64,000 nt of DNA. It comes from Synergistaceae bacterium (lineage in GTDB: Bacteria; Synergistota; Synergistia; Synergistales; Aminobacteriaceae). Below are positions 9,772 through 18,912 of this stretch, piece after piece; position 1 is the stretch's first letter; every line of letters starts with the position of its first letter. The notes under the pieces were generated by a model, which worked only from the letters and a program-made list of their open reading frames with translations, was not told the origin of the DNA and did no database searches. The position numbers and the translations under genes are program-made. The stretch covers positions 78,282 through 142,281 of the forward strand of contig JAFSWZ010000013.1 of NCBI GenBank assembly GCA_017450125.1, written 5' to 3'.

Positions 9772-10763
9772 TGGAGAAGGAGAGATTTTATCGTTACGTG
9801 GGCAACAGCGGGCAGGTTTACGGTGTCCGCAGGGTAATTCTGGACGAAGGCAACGCACGCGGAATAGCAATCTATCAGGTCAAGACTGCTGGCGGGCTTA
9901 CGCTTGACATTCTGCCGGACACGGGGCTGGACATCGGAAATCTGCGCTACAAAGGCGTGAACATCAGCTACATGACGAAGAACGGCTACGACTCTCCCGC
10001 ACGGTTTCTGCCTGTAAGCGGCGAGTTCGGGCGGTACTTCCCGGGCGGAATGCTCTTCACGTGCGGCTTGCTTTCTGCGGGCCCGGAGAACACCGACACC
10101 GACGGCAACGGTGAATTTCAGCCGCTTCACGGACGCTATCACGGACAGAGCGCAAAAGGCCTGTACGGTTACGTTGACGGGGAGAACATCATTGTCGGCG
10201 GAGAGGTCAGGGAGACAGAGCAGGGTGGACACAACTTCAGCGTGAAGAGACGGTACACGATTCCCGTCTGGGGAAGCGAGCTCACGATTGAGGACGAGAT
10301 CACGAACCTCACGCCCGCACCCGTAGAATACATGATGCTGTACCACATGAATTTCGGCTGGCCGATGCTGAGCGAACATGCAGTCCTCGAGCTTCCGGCC
10401 AAGCGCAAGGTTACACCCCGCACGCCCTACGCCGCCGCAAACATCAGCACACAATGCGAGTTCCCTGCACCGATTGACGGCGAGGAGGAGCAGGTCTTCT
10501 TCAACGAGATGGAGAGCGAGCCTTACGCGCGCCTGAAGAACCCTGAAGTGGGCCTGTGCGCGGAGATTACGTGGTCGCTGGACACTCTGCCCATCCTTGC
10601 GCAGTGGAAGAACCCGGCGAGCGGTGATTACGTGATGGGGCTTGAGCCGTCGAACTGCTACATCATGGGACGCGCGAACGAGAGGAAGGAAGGCAGGCTT
10701 CAGAAGCTCGGTGCGTTTGGGAGCGTCAAGCATTGCGTGAGGCTTAAGCTGTCGGAAATTTAG
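9771..10763 (+). CDS. Aldose-1-epimerase-like protein (DUF4432-type)
   Basis: 330 aa. Motifs LHGRYH, MLYHMNFGWP and GLEPSNC resemble the mutarotase superfamily. Abuts the galT stop. Confidence 0.6.
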   Translation: MEKERFYRYVGNSGQVYGVRRVILDEGNARGIAIYQVKTAGGLTLDILPDTGLDIGNLRYKGVNISYMTKNGYDSPARFLPVSGEFGRYFPGGMLFTCGLLSAGPENTDTDGNGEFQPLHGRYHGQSAKGLYGYVDGENIIVGGEVRETEQGGHNFSVKRRYTIPVWGSELTIEDEITNLTPAPVEYMMLYHMNFGWPMLSEHAVLELPAKRKVTPRTPYAAANISTQCEFPAPIDGEEEQVFFNEMESEPYARLKNPEVGLCAEITWSLDTLPILAQWKNPASGDYVMGLEPSNCYIMGRANERKEGRLQKLGAFGSVKHCVRLKLSEI

Positions 10764-10838
10764 CGTGTTCATAGGGTATAATTACACTTATCCAGCGGGT
10801 AAAACTAGATAGCAAACTTAACGAGGGAGTGATGAATT

Positions 10839-12698
10839 TTGAGTCGCCTCAGCATTACTAACGAGACAAAAGCTCAGGCAACCGTCGAATCGCTTCACAA
10901 GGATCTTGAACGCAGAGTAACGGGAGCACCTCCCGGCCTGTGTCCGTTGGACCTTGCGAGCAGTTACCTGAAGGTGTGTTCAGCGCAGACGTGCGGAAAG
11001 TGCGTGCCCTGCCGCGTAGGGCTTCCCCAGCTCGAGATGCTGATTGATGACCTCATTGACGGCAAGGGAGACATGTCCACCGTTGCGACAATCGAGCGTA
11101 CAGCCGAGACAATCGCCGACTCTGCGGACTGCGCAATAGGTTACGAGGCCGCCAACATGGTGTTGAAGGGCGTGAAGGGCTTCCGTGATGACTACGTAGC
11201 CCACGCAAGTGAAGGCCACCACTGCACAGCAGACGGCTTCCACGCAGTGCCGTGCGTTACGCTGTGCCCCGCGCACGTCGACATCCCGGGCTACATCGCG
11301 CTGGTCAACGCCGGACGTTACGCCGACGCAGTGAGGCTCATCCGCAAAGATAACCCGTTCCCGAGCGTGTGCGCAATGGTCTGCGAGCATCCCTGCGAGA
11401 ACAAGTGCCGCCGCCGTATGGTTGACGACGCAATCAACATCAGAGGGCTCAAGCTCTACGCGATTGACCATTCAGGACACGTGCCGGTATACCGCGACGG
11501 CGAGAAGCCAGCACCTGCAACAGGCAAGAAAGTCGCAATAATCGGCGGAGGCCCGAGCGGAATCAGTGCCGCGTACTATCTCGGAATGATGGGCCACAGC
11601 GTGGAAATCTTCGAACAGCGCAAACATCTCGGCGGAATGCTCCGCTACGGCATCCCGTCATACCGTCTGCCCAGAGAGATTCTCCATGACGAGATAGAGA
11701 CCCTGCTTACGGCCGGAGACATCAAGGTTCACAGAGAAGTATCCGTAGGCGGAAAAGACTTTCCCCTGTCAAAGCTCCGTGAAGAGTTCGACGCAGTATA
11801 TATCGCAATCGGAGCACACACCGACAAGACCTTAAAGATTCCCGGCGAGGACGCACAGGGCGTAATGTCAGCTGTTGCGCTTCTGAGGAGAATCGGTGAT
11901 GAGGACTTCCCGAACTTCAAGGGCAAGAAGGTCGTAGTTGTCGGAGGCGGAAATGTCGCTATGGACTGCGCACGTTCATCACTCAGGCTCAACGCGGACA
12001 AGGTTACGCTGGCTTACCGCAGGCGCAAGGACGACATGACTGCACTTGCTGAAGAAGTCGAGGCAACAGAGGTTGAGGGCTGCGAGATTCTGGAACTTGC
12101 CGCACCGCTTAAGGTTGAAGTCGGCGAGGACGGAAAGGCCAAAGCACTCTGGGTGAAGCAGCAGATGATAAGCAACATCAAGGGCGGCCGTCCCGCACCC
12201 AAAGACGCGAGCGCAGAGCCTATTAGAATCGAGGCAGATATTATCGTCGTCGCAATCGGACAGGGCATCGACAGCTACAACTTCGAACAGTCAGGCATCG
12301 CAGTGAAGTGGGGATGCATTGAGGCATTCGAGAGCGAGGCAGTCAAGGGCGACAACATGGCCGGAGTGTTCTCGGGCGGCGACTGCGTGTCGGGCCCCGC
12401 AACAGTCATCCGTGCAATCGCGGCAGGCAAAGTCGCGGCGGCAAACATTGATGAGTATCTCGGCTTCCACCATCCGATTACGCTTCCCGTAGAGATTCCT
12501 GACCCCGTACCTCACAACAGGGCTGCGTGCGGCCGCGTGAAGATGCGCGAACGTCCGATAGACCAGCGTATCCACGACTTCAAGCTGGTTGAGCAGGGCA
12601 TGACGCAGGAAGAGATGGAGCAGGAGTCGAACAGGTGCTTGCGGTGCGACTATTACGGCTTCGGAAAATTCAGAGAGGGGCGTGAGTTCGAATGGTAA
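10839..12698 (+). CDS. FeS/FAD NAD(P)H oxidoreductase: NuoF-like 4Fe-4S region fused to a GltD-like (glutamate synthase small chain) module
   Basis: CGKCVPCRVG (NuoF-type cluster site), CENKCRR, dinucleotide folds VAIIGGGPSGISAAYYL and VVVVGGGNVAMDCA, C-terminal RCLRCD. TTG start 9 nt after GAGGGAG. 7-nt overlap with hydA. Confidence 0.8.
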   Translation: MSRLSITNETKAQATVESLHKDLERRVTGAPPGLCPLDLASSYLKVCSAQTCGKCVPCRVGLPQLEMLIDDLIDGKGDMSTVATIERTAETIADSADCAIGYEAANMVLKGVKGFRDDYVAHASEGHHCTADGFHAVPCVTLCPAHVDIPGYIALVNAGRYADAVRLIRKDNPFPSVCAMVCEHPCENKCRRRMVDDAINIRGLKLYAIDHSGHVPVYRDGEKPAPATGKKVAIIGGGPSGISAAYYLGMMGHSVEIFEQRKHLGGMLRYGIPSYRLPREILHDEIETLLTAGDIKVHREVSVGGKDFPLSKLREEFDAVYIAIGAHTDKTLKIPGEDAQGVMSAVALLRRIGDEDFPNFKGKKVVVVGGGNVAMDCARSSLRLNADKVTLAYRRRKDDMTALAEEVEATEVEGCEILELAAPLKVEVGEDGKAKALWVKQQMISNIKGGRPAPKDASAEPIRIEADIIVVAIGQGIDSYNFEQSGIAVKWGCIEAFESEAVKGDNMAGVFSGGDCVSGPATVIRAIAAGKVAAANIDEYLGFHHPITLPVEIPDPVPHNRAACGRVKMRERPIDQRIHDFKLVEQGMTQEEMEQESNRCLRCDYYGFGKFREGREFEW

Positions 12699-14425
12699 AC
12701 GCGACGATTAACGGAAAAGCGATTCAGGTCCCGGAGAACACGACGATACTTGAAGCCGCGAAGCTCAACCACATAACAATACCTCACCTGTGCTACCTGA
12801 AGAAGGTCAACGAGATAGGCGCGTGCCGTGTGTGCGTAGTCGAGCTCGAGGGACAGGACAGGCTGGTATCATCCTGCAACACAATCGTTCAGGAAGGCAT
12901 GAAGATTCTCACGAACAGCCCCAAAGCCCGCCAGGCCAGACGCATAAACGTAGAGCTTATCCTTTCCCAGCACAATGCCCGCTGTGCCGAGTGCGTGAGG
13001 TCGGGGAACTGCGAGCTCCAGACGACAGCAAACGATTTGGGCATCAACACCTTCCCGTATCATGAGGACATTGCGGCGTTCGACTGGAACAATGATTTTC
13101 CGCTGATTCGCAACGCCAGCAAGTGCATCAAGTGTATGCGCTGCGTCCAGATATGCGACAAGGTACAGGCTATGCACGTCTGGGACATCGCGAAGACCGG
13201 CTCGCGCACGACGGTTGACGTAACGGGCGGGCAGGACATCACTAAGGTAGACTGCACGGTCTGCGGACAGTGCATTACGCATTGCCCTGTAGGTGCGCTC
13301 GTTGAACGCGACGACACCCAGAAGGTGCGTGATGCGTTCGCGTCGAAGGAGAAGATAATGATAGCCTCAGTAGCTCCGGCAGTCAGAACATCATGGGGCG
13401 AACAGCTCGGCCTCACCCACGAAGAGGCTTCACAGAACAGGCTTGCGGCGGCATTGCGTGCTGTAGGGTTCGACTACGTTTTCGACACGGACTTTTCTGC
13501 TGACCTCACGATTATGGAGGAAGCCAGCGAGTTCGTCGAGAAACTCAAGGCCTCTCTTGCGGGTAAGCCGGTGAAGTTCCCGATGTTCACATCATGCTGT
13601 CCGGGCTGGGTGAGGTTCATAAAGATGGAGTTCCCGGATTTAGTGCCCCAGCTGTCGAGCGCGAAATCACCCCAGCAGATGTTCGGAGCAATCATCAAGT
13701 CGTGGTACGCCCAGATTCTGGGAGTTGAGCCGGACAAGATTTATCACGTGTCATTCATGCCCTGCACGGCCAAGAAGTATGAATGCGACGTGGAATGCAT
13801 GAACAGTTCCGGCGCGCGTGATGTTGATGTTGTTCTGACAGTGAGGGAGCTTGACCGCCTCATCAGGTCTGAGGGCATCGACGTTAAGGCTCTCGAGGAG
13901 TCGGAGTTTGACGCTCCTCTTGGGACTGCATCAGGAGCAGGACACATCTTCGGGACGACCGGCGGCGTAATGGAAGCGGCACTGCGTACGGCGTACTACC
14001 TTGTTACGGGCAGCAACCCCGACCCGAACGCGTTCCGTTATGTGCGCGACTACGACGGCTTTAAGGAAGCGACGTTCGAGATTGCTGGAACGAAGCTGAA
14101 GATCGCGGTAGTTCACGGGCTCGGAAACATCCGCAAGCTCTGCGAGGACGTACAGAGCGGGAAGGCGCAGTATGACTTCATCGAGTGCATGGCGTGCCCG
14201 ACAGGATGCGCTGGCGGTGGCGGACAGCCCATCGAGGAAGGACAGGAGCTCGGCGAAGGCAGAGGAAGAATCCTTCTCGACATGGATCGCGCAATGAACC
14301 TCCGCTTCTCGCACGAGAATCCGAGCATCAAGCAGTGCTATGCTGAGTATCTCGGAGCACCGCTGGGCGAGAAGTCGCATCATCTTCTCCACACCGACCA
14401 GGCCAAGTGGGAGCTGTGGAAGTAG
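12692..14425 (+). CDS. hydA: [FeFe]-hydrogenase catalytic subunit
   Basis: N-terminal 2Fe-2S/4Fe-4S ferredoxin-like Cys clusters. H-cluster signatures FTSCCPGWV, MPCTAKKYE and ECMACPTGCAGGGGQP. Confidence 0.92.
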   Translation: MVNATINGKAIQVPENTTILEAAKLNHITIPHLCYLKKVNEIGACRVCVVELEGQDRLVSSCNTIVQEGMKILTNSPKARQARRINVELILSQHNARCAECVRSGNCELQTTANDLGINTFPYHEDIAAFDWNNDFPLIRNASKCIKCMRCVQICDKVQAMHVWDIAKTGSRTTVDVTGGQDITKVDCTVCGQCITHCPVGALVERDDTQKVRDAFASKEKIMIASVAPAVRTSWGEQLGLTHEEASQNRLAAALRAVGFDYVFDTDFSADLTIMEEASEFVEKLKASLAGKPVKFPMFTSCCPGWVRFIKMEFPDLVPQLSSAKSPQQMFGAIIKSWYAQILGVEPDKIYHVSFMPCTAKKYECDVECMNSSGARDVDVVLTVRELDRLIRSEGIDVKALEESEFDAPLGTASGAGHIFGTTGGVMEAALRTAYYLVTGSNPDPNAFRYVRDYDGFKEATFEIAGTKLKIAVVHGLGNIRKLCEDVQSGKAQYDFIECMACPTGCAGGGGQPIEEGQELGEGRGRILLDMDRAMNLRFSHENPSIKQCYAEYLGAPLGEKSHHLLHTDQAKWELWK

Positions 14426-14496
14426 GACGAACGTTATCCCCTCGTCAATTACGGCGGGGGGAAATTTTCACAGGAAGGACGGTTGACAAAACGATA

Positions 14497-15297
14497 ATGA
14501 GTAACATAATGGACTCAGGACTCAGGACTCAGGACGAACTGTGCGCTGATATAAATCCTGAAGCTCCACAGTCCGAAGACCACGCAATGAGTCGCGGCGA
14601 GTTTGAGGAAATGCTGGAGACACAGAGTGCACATTGGTGGTTCGAAGGCAGACGCAGAGTCATAGACAGAATAATACGCAAAAAGATATTCTTTTCACAA
14701 ACTCCCCACATACTGGAAATAGGCAGCGGAACAGGCGCAAATCTGGGCATATTGTCCCGATACGGCCATGTTACGGCGATGGAGCTGGATGATTACGCGC
14801 GCAGCGCAATACAGGAAAGTTCCCTTATTGCAAAAGTTAAGGGCTGGCTTCCGAACGGTCTTGATGAGATTAACGGAAAAACTTTCAGCCTTATATGTAT
14901 GTTCGATGTTCTGGAGCATATTGAGGACGACGGAGCTGCACTCGAAGCCCTGAAGCCATATGTTGCGCGTGGGGGCTTCCTCTTTGTCACTGTGCCAGCG
15001 TATCAATGGATGTTCAGCGCACACGATAAGAGAATGGGGCATTACAGGCGTTACACTAGGACGCACCTCAAGAGGCTTATATCATCACACGGCTTCACAG
15101 TAACTTATTCAGGCTATATGAACACATTTCTTTTCCCGCTCATGGCATTAGGGCGTGCTTTCAACAAGAGCGGTACGGGAATACCTGGTTTCGGACTGAA
15201 CAAGATACTCACTGCAATATATTCATTCGAATCGCTGTTTGTGCCGTCAATATCACTGCCATTCGGAGGGAGCGTTGTAGCTGTTTGCCGTCTGTAA
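14497..15297 (+). CDS. Class I SAM-dependent methyltransferase
   Basis: HWWFEGRR, SAM motif ILEIGSGTGANL, FDVLEHIED. Start uncertain (ATG at 14497, 14509 or 14587; none has a strong RBS). Appears lower in GC than its neighbours, by eye. Confidence 0.7.
   Translation: MSNIMDSGLRTQDELCADINPEAPQSEDHAMSRGEFEEMLETQSAHWWFEGRRRVIDRIIRKKIFFSQTPHILEIGSGTGANLGILSRYGHVTAMELDDYARSAIQESSLIAKVKGWLPNGLDEINGKTFSLICMFDVLEHIEDDGAALEALKPYVARGGFLFVTVPAYQWMFSAHDKRMGHYRRYTRTHLKRLISSHGFTVTYSGYMNTFLFPLMALGRAFNKSGTGIPGFGLNKILTAIYSFESLFVPSISLPFGGSVVAVCRL
14511..14535. repeat. Tandem heptanucleotide repeat (GGACTCA x3 plus a partial copy)
   Basis: ggactca ggactca ggactca ggac read directly. Lies in the 5' coding region or 5' UTR of the methyltransferase, depending on the true start. 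Confidence 0.9.
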
Positions 15298-15305
15298 TTT
15301 ATCAG

Positions 15306-15339
15306 CATCCCCCGAGATCTTAACGGGGGATATTTTTTT
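15306..15339 (+). terminator. Rho-independent terminator after the methyltransferase
   Basis: ATCCCCCG-loop-CGGGGGAT followed by ATTTTTTT. Confidence 0.75.
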
Positions 15340-15370
15340 GCCCGTCCTCTCGTGTAAAATATACCCCATC

Positions 15371-16081
15371 ATGAACAATTCGCGCATACTTGAACTTTAT
15401 TCACGCCTTCGCACGGATGCTGACGCTCTGACGTTCACGCCTCCTGTCGAGTGCGTCTATAATCCTCTGCGTTACGCTTGGGACGGTTTCACGCAGTACC
15501 TTCATCTGTGCCCGGACAATCCCCGCACCGTCTTTCTCGGAATGAACCCCGGCCCGTACGGCATGGCTCAGACAGGAGTCCCATTCGGCGAGGTTGACGC
15601 AGTCAGAGACTTTCTCGGCATCAGCAGGATTGACGCTGTTCCTCCTGAGCATCAGCACCCATCTTACCCTGTCAAAGGCCTCGAGTGTTCACGTTCAGAG
15701 GTCAGCGGACGCAGGCTCTGGGGGCTCTTCAGGGAGCGTTTCGGCACAGCAGAAGCCTTCTTCCGTGAGAACATCGTCCTGAACTACTGCCCGTTACTGT
15801 TCATCGAACAAGGCCGCAACCTCACTCCCGACAAGCTCCGCAAGCCCGAACAATCAGCCCTCTTCGCGCTCTGTGATGAGTGCCTCAAAGGTGTAGTAGC
15901 CGAACTCAGGCCTGAAGTTGTCGTCGGAGTTGGAGCGTTCGCAGAGAAGAGAGCACGGGAGGCGTTGAAGGGCGTAAAGGTTGTGAGGATTCTGCATCCA
16001 AGCCCGGCATCACCTGCGAGCAATAATGACTGGGCCGGAAAAGTTACACAGCAGCTTATAGATTCGGGGGTATGGCAATGA
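15371..16081 (+). CDS. Uracil-DNA glycosylase family 3 (SMUG1-like)
   Basis: FLGMNPGPYGMAQTGVPFGEV and LHPSPASPASN match the SMUG1 signature motifs as I remember them. ATG at 15371 chosen because the TTG at 15338 lies inside the terminator T-run. Confidence 0.8.
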   Translation: MNNSRILELYSRLRTDADALTFTPPVECVYNPLRYAWDGFTQYLHLCPDNPRTVFLGMNPGPYGMAQTGVPFGEVDAVRDFLGISRIDAVPPEHQHPSYPVKGLECSRSEVSGRRLWGLFRERFGTAEAFFRENIVLNYCPLLFIEQGRNLTPDKLRKPEQSALFALCDECLKGVVAELRPEVVVGVGAFAEKRAREALKGVKVVRILHPSPASPASNNDWAGKVTQQLIDSGVWQ

Positions 16082-16374
16082 GTTACGAGGACAAGAGCAG
16101 CTTCATCCGTGTACGCGCGCTCATCAGCGGCAGGGTTCAGCACGTGGGCTACCGTTATTGGGCGTTCGAGCAGGCAGAGAGGTTAGGGCTGACAGGAAGC
16201 GTCGAGAACCTCTCTGACGGACGGGTCGAGGTAGTGTTTCAGGGAGTGCCTGAGTGCGTCGCCGAGATGAAGGAGAAGCTGAAGCAGGGGCCGAGCATGG
16301 CAGTCGTTAAGCAGGTAATCTTTTACCGCGAAAGGGTCAAGGAAGAGGAGACATATTTCGGCCCGGTGTATTAA
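16072..16374 (+). CDS. acyP: Acylphosphatase
   Basis: ISGRVQHVGYRYWAFEQAERLGLTGSVENLSDGRVEVVFQG, about 100 aa. Confidence 0.85.
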   Translation: MAMSYEDKSSFIRVRALISGRVQHVGYRYWAFEQAERLGLTGSVENLSDGRVEVVFQGVPECVAEMKEKLKQGPSMAVVKQVIFYRERVKEEETYFGPVY

Positions 16375-16427
16375 GTCAACTGCGTGTGTTATCATTTGCT
16401 GTATTCCACAGATAAGAGAGAGTTTGC

Positions 16428-17198
16428 ATGAATGACATAAAGCAGATACTTCACGACTTCAAGGACGGCACGATAAATATTGATGAGGCGTATCTCCGGC
16501 TCAAGGAAGCACCCTTCGAGGACATCGGCTATGCGAAAGTAGACCTTCACCGCCAGCTTCGTCAAGGAGCAAGTGAAGTGATTTACGGCGCAGGGAAAAC
16601 CCCAGAGCAGATAGCGGGCATCGTCAGCGTAATGCGTTCCCACCACCAGAAAGCTATACTTATCACGCGTCTTTCTCCTGAAGCACACGCAGAACTTGGC
16701 CGACTTGGCTGTGAGGTGAATTACTACCCCGAAGCCCGCGCAGGAGTCGCCGGAGAGATTCCCGAGCCCGAAGGGAAGAGTTCTGTTGTTGTGGCTACGG
16801 GCGGAACGAGCGATATTCCCGTCGCAGAAGAAGCCTCGCTCACCGCAGAAGTTCTCGGGAGCAGGGTGAAACGTCTCTACGATGTCGGAGTGTCCGGGCT
16901 TCACCGCGTATTGTCGCACATTGACGACATAATGAGCGCGAGTGTCATCGTCGCGGTCGCCGGGATGGAGGGAGCGTTAGCCAGCGTTCTCGGAGGACTA
17001 GCGGACTGCCCGGTGATTGCCGTACCGACGAGCGTGGGCTACGGTGCATCGTTCGGCGGAATTGCGGCACTGCTGGCAATGCTGAACTCCTGCGCCAGCG
17101 GTGTAAGTGTCGTGAACATAGATAACGGATTCGGAGCCGGATATTTGGCGGCCATGATAAACAGGATACGAACGGAAGGAGATAGTGATCAGCAGTGA
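16428..17198 (+). CDS. larB: PurE-like NCAIR-mutase-related protein, LarB-type (nickel-pincer cofactor biosynthesis)
   Basis: 256 aa. IGYAKVDLHRQLRQGASEVIYGAGKT N-domain plus a PurE-like fold (VVVATGGTSDIPVAEEA, AVAGMEGALASVLGG). Confidence 0.7.
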   Translation: MNDIKQILHDFKDGTINIDEAYLRLKEAPFEDIGYAKVDLHRQLRQGASEVIYGAGKTPEQIAGIVSVMRSHHQKAILITRLSPEAHAELGRLGCEVNYYPEARAGVAGEIPEPEGKSSVVVATGGTSDIPVAEEASLTAEVLGSRVKRLYDVGVSGLHRVLSHIDDIMSASVIVAVAGMEGALASVLGGLADCPVIAVPTSVGYGASFGGIAALLAMLNSCASGVSVVNIDNGFGAGYLAAMINRIRTEGDSDQQ

Positions 17199-17863
17199 AG
17201 AGAAAAATTCTGCTTGCGGCGGCGGCTGTGATGCTGCTGTGCAGTTCAAGTATTGCGGAAGATTATGACATTTCGGGCGGCTGGAACTTAGCGGGGACAG
17301 GTTTTGTGGAGAAGGAATTTCTGCGCGTCAGCCTCGAGCTTGAAGGAGACATGCACCTGACGACCTCGACAACTCAAGAGGTTCTGGACAACGCAGCCAG
17401 CCGCGACCTAGTGAGGCAGGAATACCCCGACAGCCCCGACATCCTCAGCGGAGACCTGAAATTCCTGACAGCATACGAGATTGACCTGAAGATTACGGCG
17501 ACAGAGCTGGACATCAAGGCATGGAGCGACCACCTCCCCAACTACATAAGAATCCCTGTTCCATTGCCGGAAATGAGGCCGTCGAACAGCCATCCCTACG
17601 AGCTCCCGGTCTACGCCTACAATGACGGGCTGACCTACAGGGTTACGCTGACATCAACAACGTCCGGCAAGGTCAGGATAACAGGCTACGTTGACCTTGA
17701 CGTTGTGGGCAAAACGGAGCTCAACTCTGACTGTACGGTCTGGAAGTACGGAACTCAGAGGCCTACGCTCGAAGAAGAGACGGACAGCGGGTGCAATTCA
17801 GGTTTCGGAGCATTGATGATGCTGCTTTTGTTAGCGGGGGTGCGCGGAATTGTTCGGGACTGA
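17195..17863 (+). CDS. Secreted protein with Synergist-CTERM-like C-terminal sorting tail
   Basis: N-terminal signal peptide MKRKILLAAAAVMLLCSSSIAED. C-terminus ...DSGCNSGFGALMMLLLLAGVRGIVRD (Gly/Cys-Asn motif, hydrophobic helix, basic end). Confidence 0.6.
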   Translation: MKRKILLAAAAVMLLCSSSIAEDYDISGGWNLAGTGFVEKEFLRVSLELEGDMHLTTSTTQEVLDNAASRDLVRQEYPDSPDILSGDLKFLTAYEIDLKITATELDIKAWSDHLPNYIRIPVPLPEMRPSNSHPYELPVYAYNDGLTYRVTLTSTTSGKVRITGYVDLDVVGKTELNSDCTVWKYGTQRPTLEEETDSGCNSGFGALMMLLLLAGVRGIVRD

Positions 17864-18896
17864 CATCGGAATAGACTTAGGGACAGCAACCGTACTCATC
17901 TACGAGAAGAATCACGGAGTAGTTCTGCGCGAGCCGTCTGTTGTTGCGGTGGATCAGGACACCGGCGACATTCTGGCGGTGGGTTACGATGCCAAGAGCA
18001 TGGTCGGCAGGACACCGGGCAGCATAACGTCAGTACGTCCCCTCCGCGACGGAGTAATCGCCAACTACGCGATGACTGAGGCTATGCTTCAGCACTTCAT
18101 GAGGCGTGTAACTAAGGGTTCGCAGAGGTTCTTCCGCAACCGCACTATGATCTGCGTACCTTCGGGAGCAACGGATGTTGAGCGTCGTGCTGTGCTTGAG
18201 GCAGCTCTAGAGGTCGGGGCACGTGAAGCGTACCTCATTGAAGAGCCAATGGCCGCCGCGATAGGTGCGAACCTCGACGTTGAGGAGGCGCGCGGAAAAA
18301 TGCTCGTCGACATCGGCGGAGGAACGACGGATATTGCCGTGATTTCGCTCGGAGGAGTTGTTGTGTCGAAGTCATTAAGGCTCGGGGGCGACAAGTTCGA
18401 TGAAGGGATTATGCGCTACCTTCGGAGACAGTACAATCTTGCAATAGGTGAGCAGACTGCAGAGAACCTCAAAATCTGGATAGGCACATGCGTTCCCCTT
18501 GAGGAAGACAAGCACATGATAGTGAAAGGCAGAGACCTCGTGCAGGGACTTCCGCGACAGATAGACGTAACCAGTTCGGCGGTGAATATGGCGATTGGCG
18601 AGATGATACAGACGCTGATTGACGGAATACGCAACGTCCTCGAGCTAACTCCTCCCGAATTATCCGCCGACATAATTGACAGAGGAATAGTGCTTACGGG
18701 CGGAGGAGCTCTGCTTCACGGACTGCCCGAACTCATAGCCCAGCAGACCGGCATAAACTGTTTCACGGCAGAAAACCCGATGGAGAGCGTTGCGCTCGGG
18801 ACAGGTAAAGCCTTGTCGGAGATTGACCGCCTCAAGAGTTCCGGCAGAAGCTCAATGCTGGTGAACCTGAAGCGTTCGAGCCGCAAGCACTACTAG
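17850..18896 (+). CDS. mreB: Rod shape-determining actin homolog MreB/Mbl
   Basis: DIGIDLGTATVLIY, VRPLRDGVIANY, LVDIGGGTTDIAVISLGG, IVLTGGGALLHGL. Confidence 0.92.
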   Translation: MFGTDIGIDLGTATVLIYEKNHGVVLREPSVVAVDQDTGDILAVGYDAKSMVGRTPGSITSVRPLRDGVIANYAMTEAMLQHFMRRVTKGSQRFFRNRTMICVPSGATDVERRAVLEAALEVGAREAYLIEEPMAAAIGANLDVEEARGKMLVDIGGGTTDIAVISLGGVVVSKSLRLGGDKFDEGIMRYLRRQYNLAIGEQTAENLKIWIGTCVPLEEDKHMIVKGRDLVQGLPRQIDVTSSAVNMAIGEMIQTLIDGIRNVLELTPPELSADIIDRGIVLTGGGALLHGLPELIAQQTGINCFTAENPMESVALGTGKALSEIDRLKSSGRSSMLVNLKRSSRKHY

Positions 18897-18912
18897 AGGG
18901 AGTTGAGGAGTC

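Noticed and set aside
9708-10772. 354-aa minus-strand ORF
   Set aside because: It is antisense to the DUF4432/aldose-epimerase-like gene and the end of galT. It is Arg/Leu/Ala-rich with no RBS or motifs, so it is a shadow ORF.
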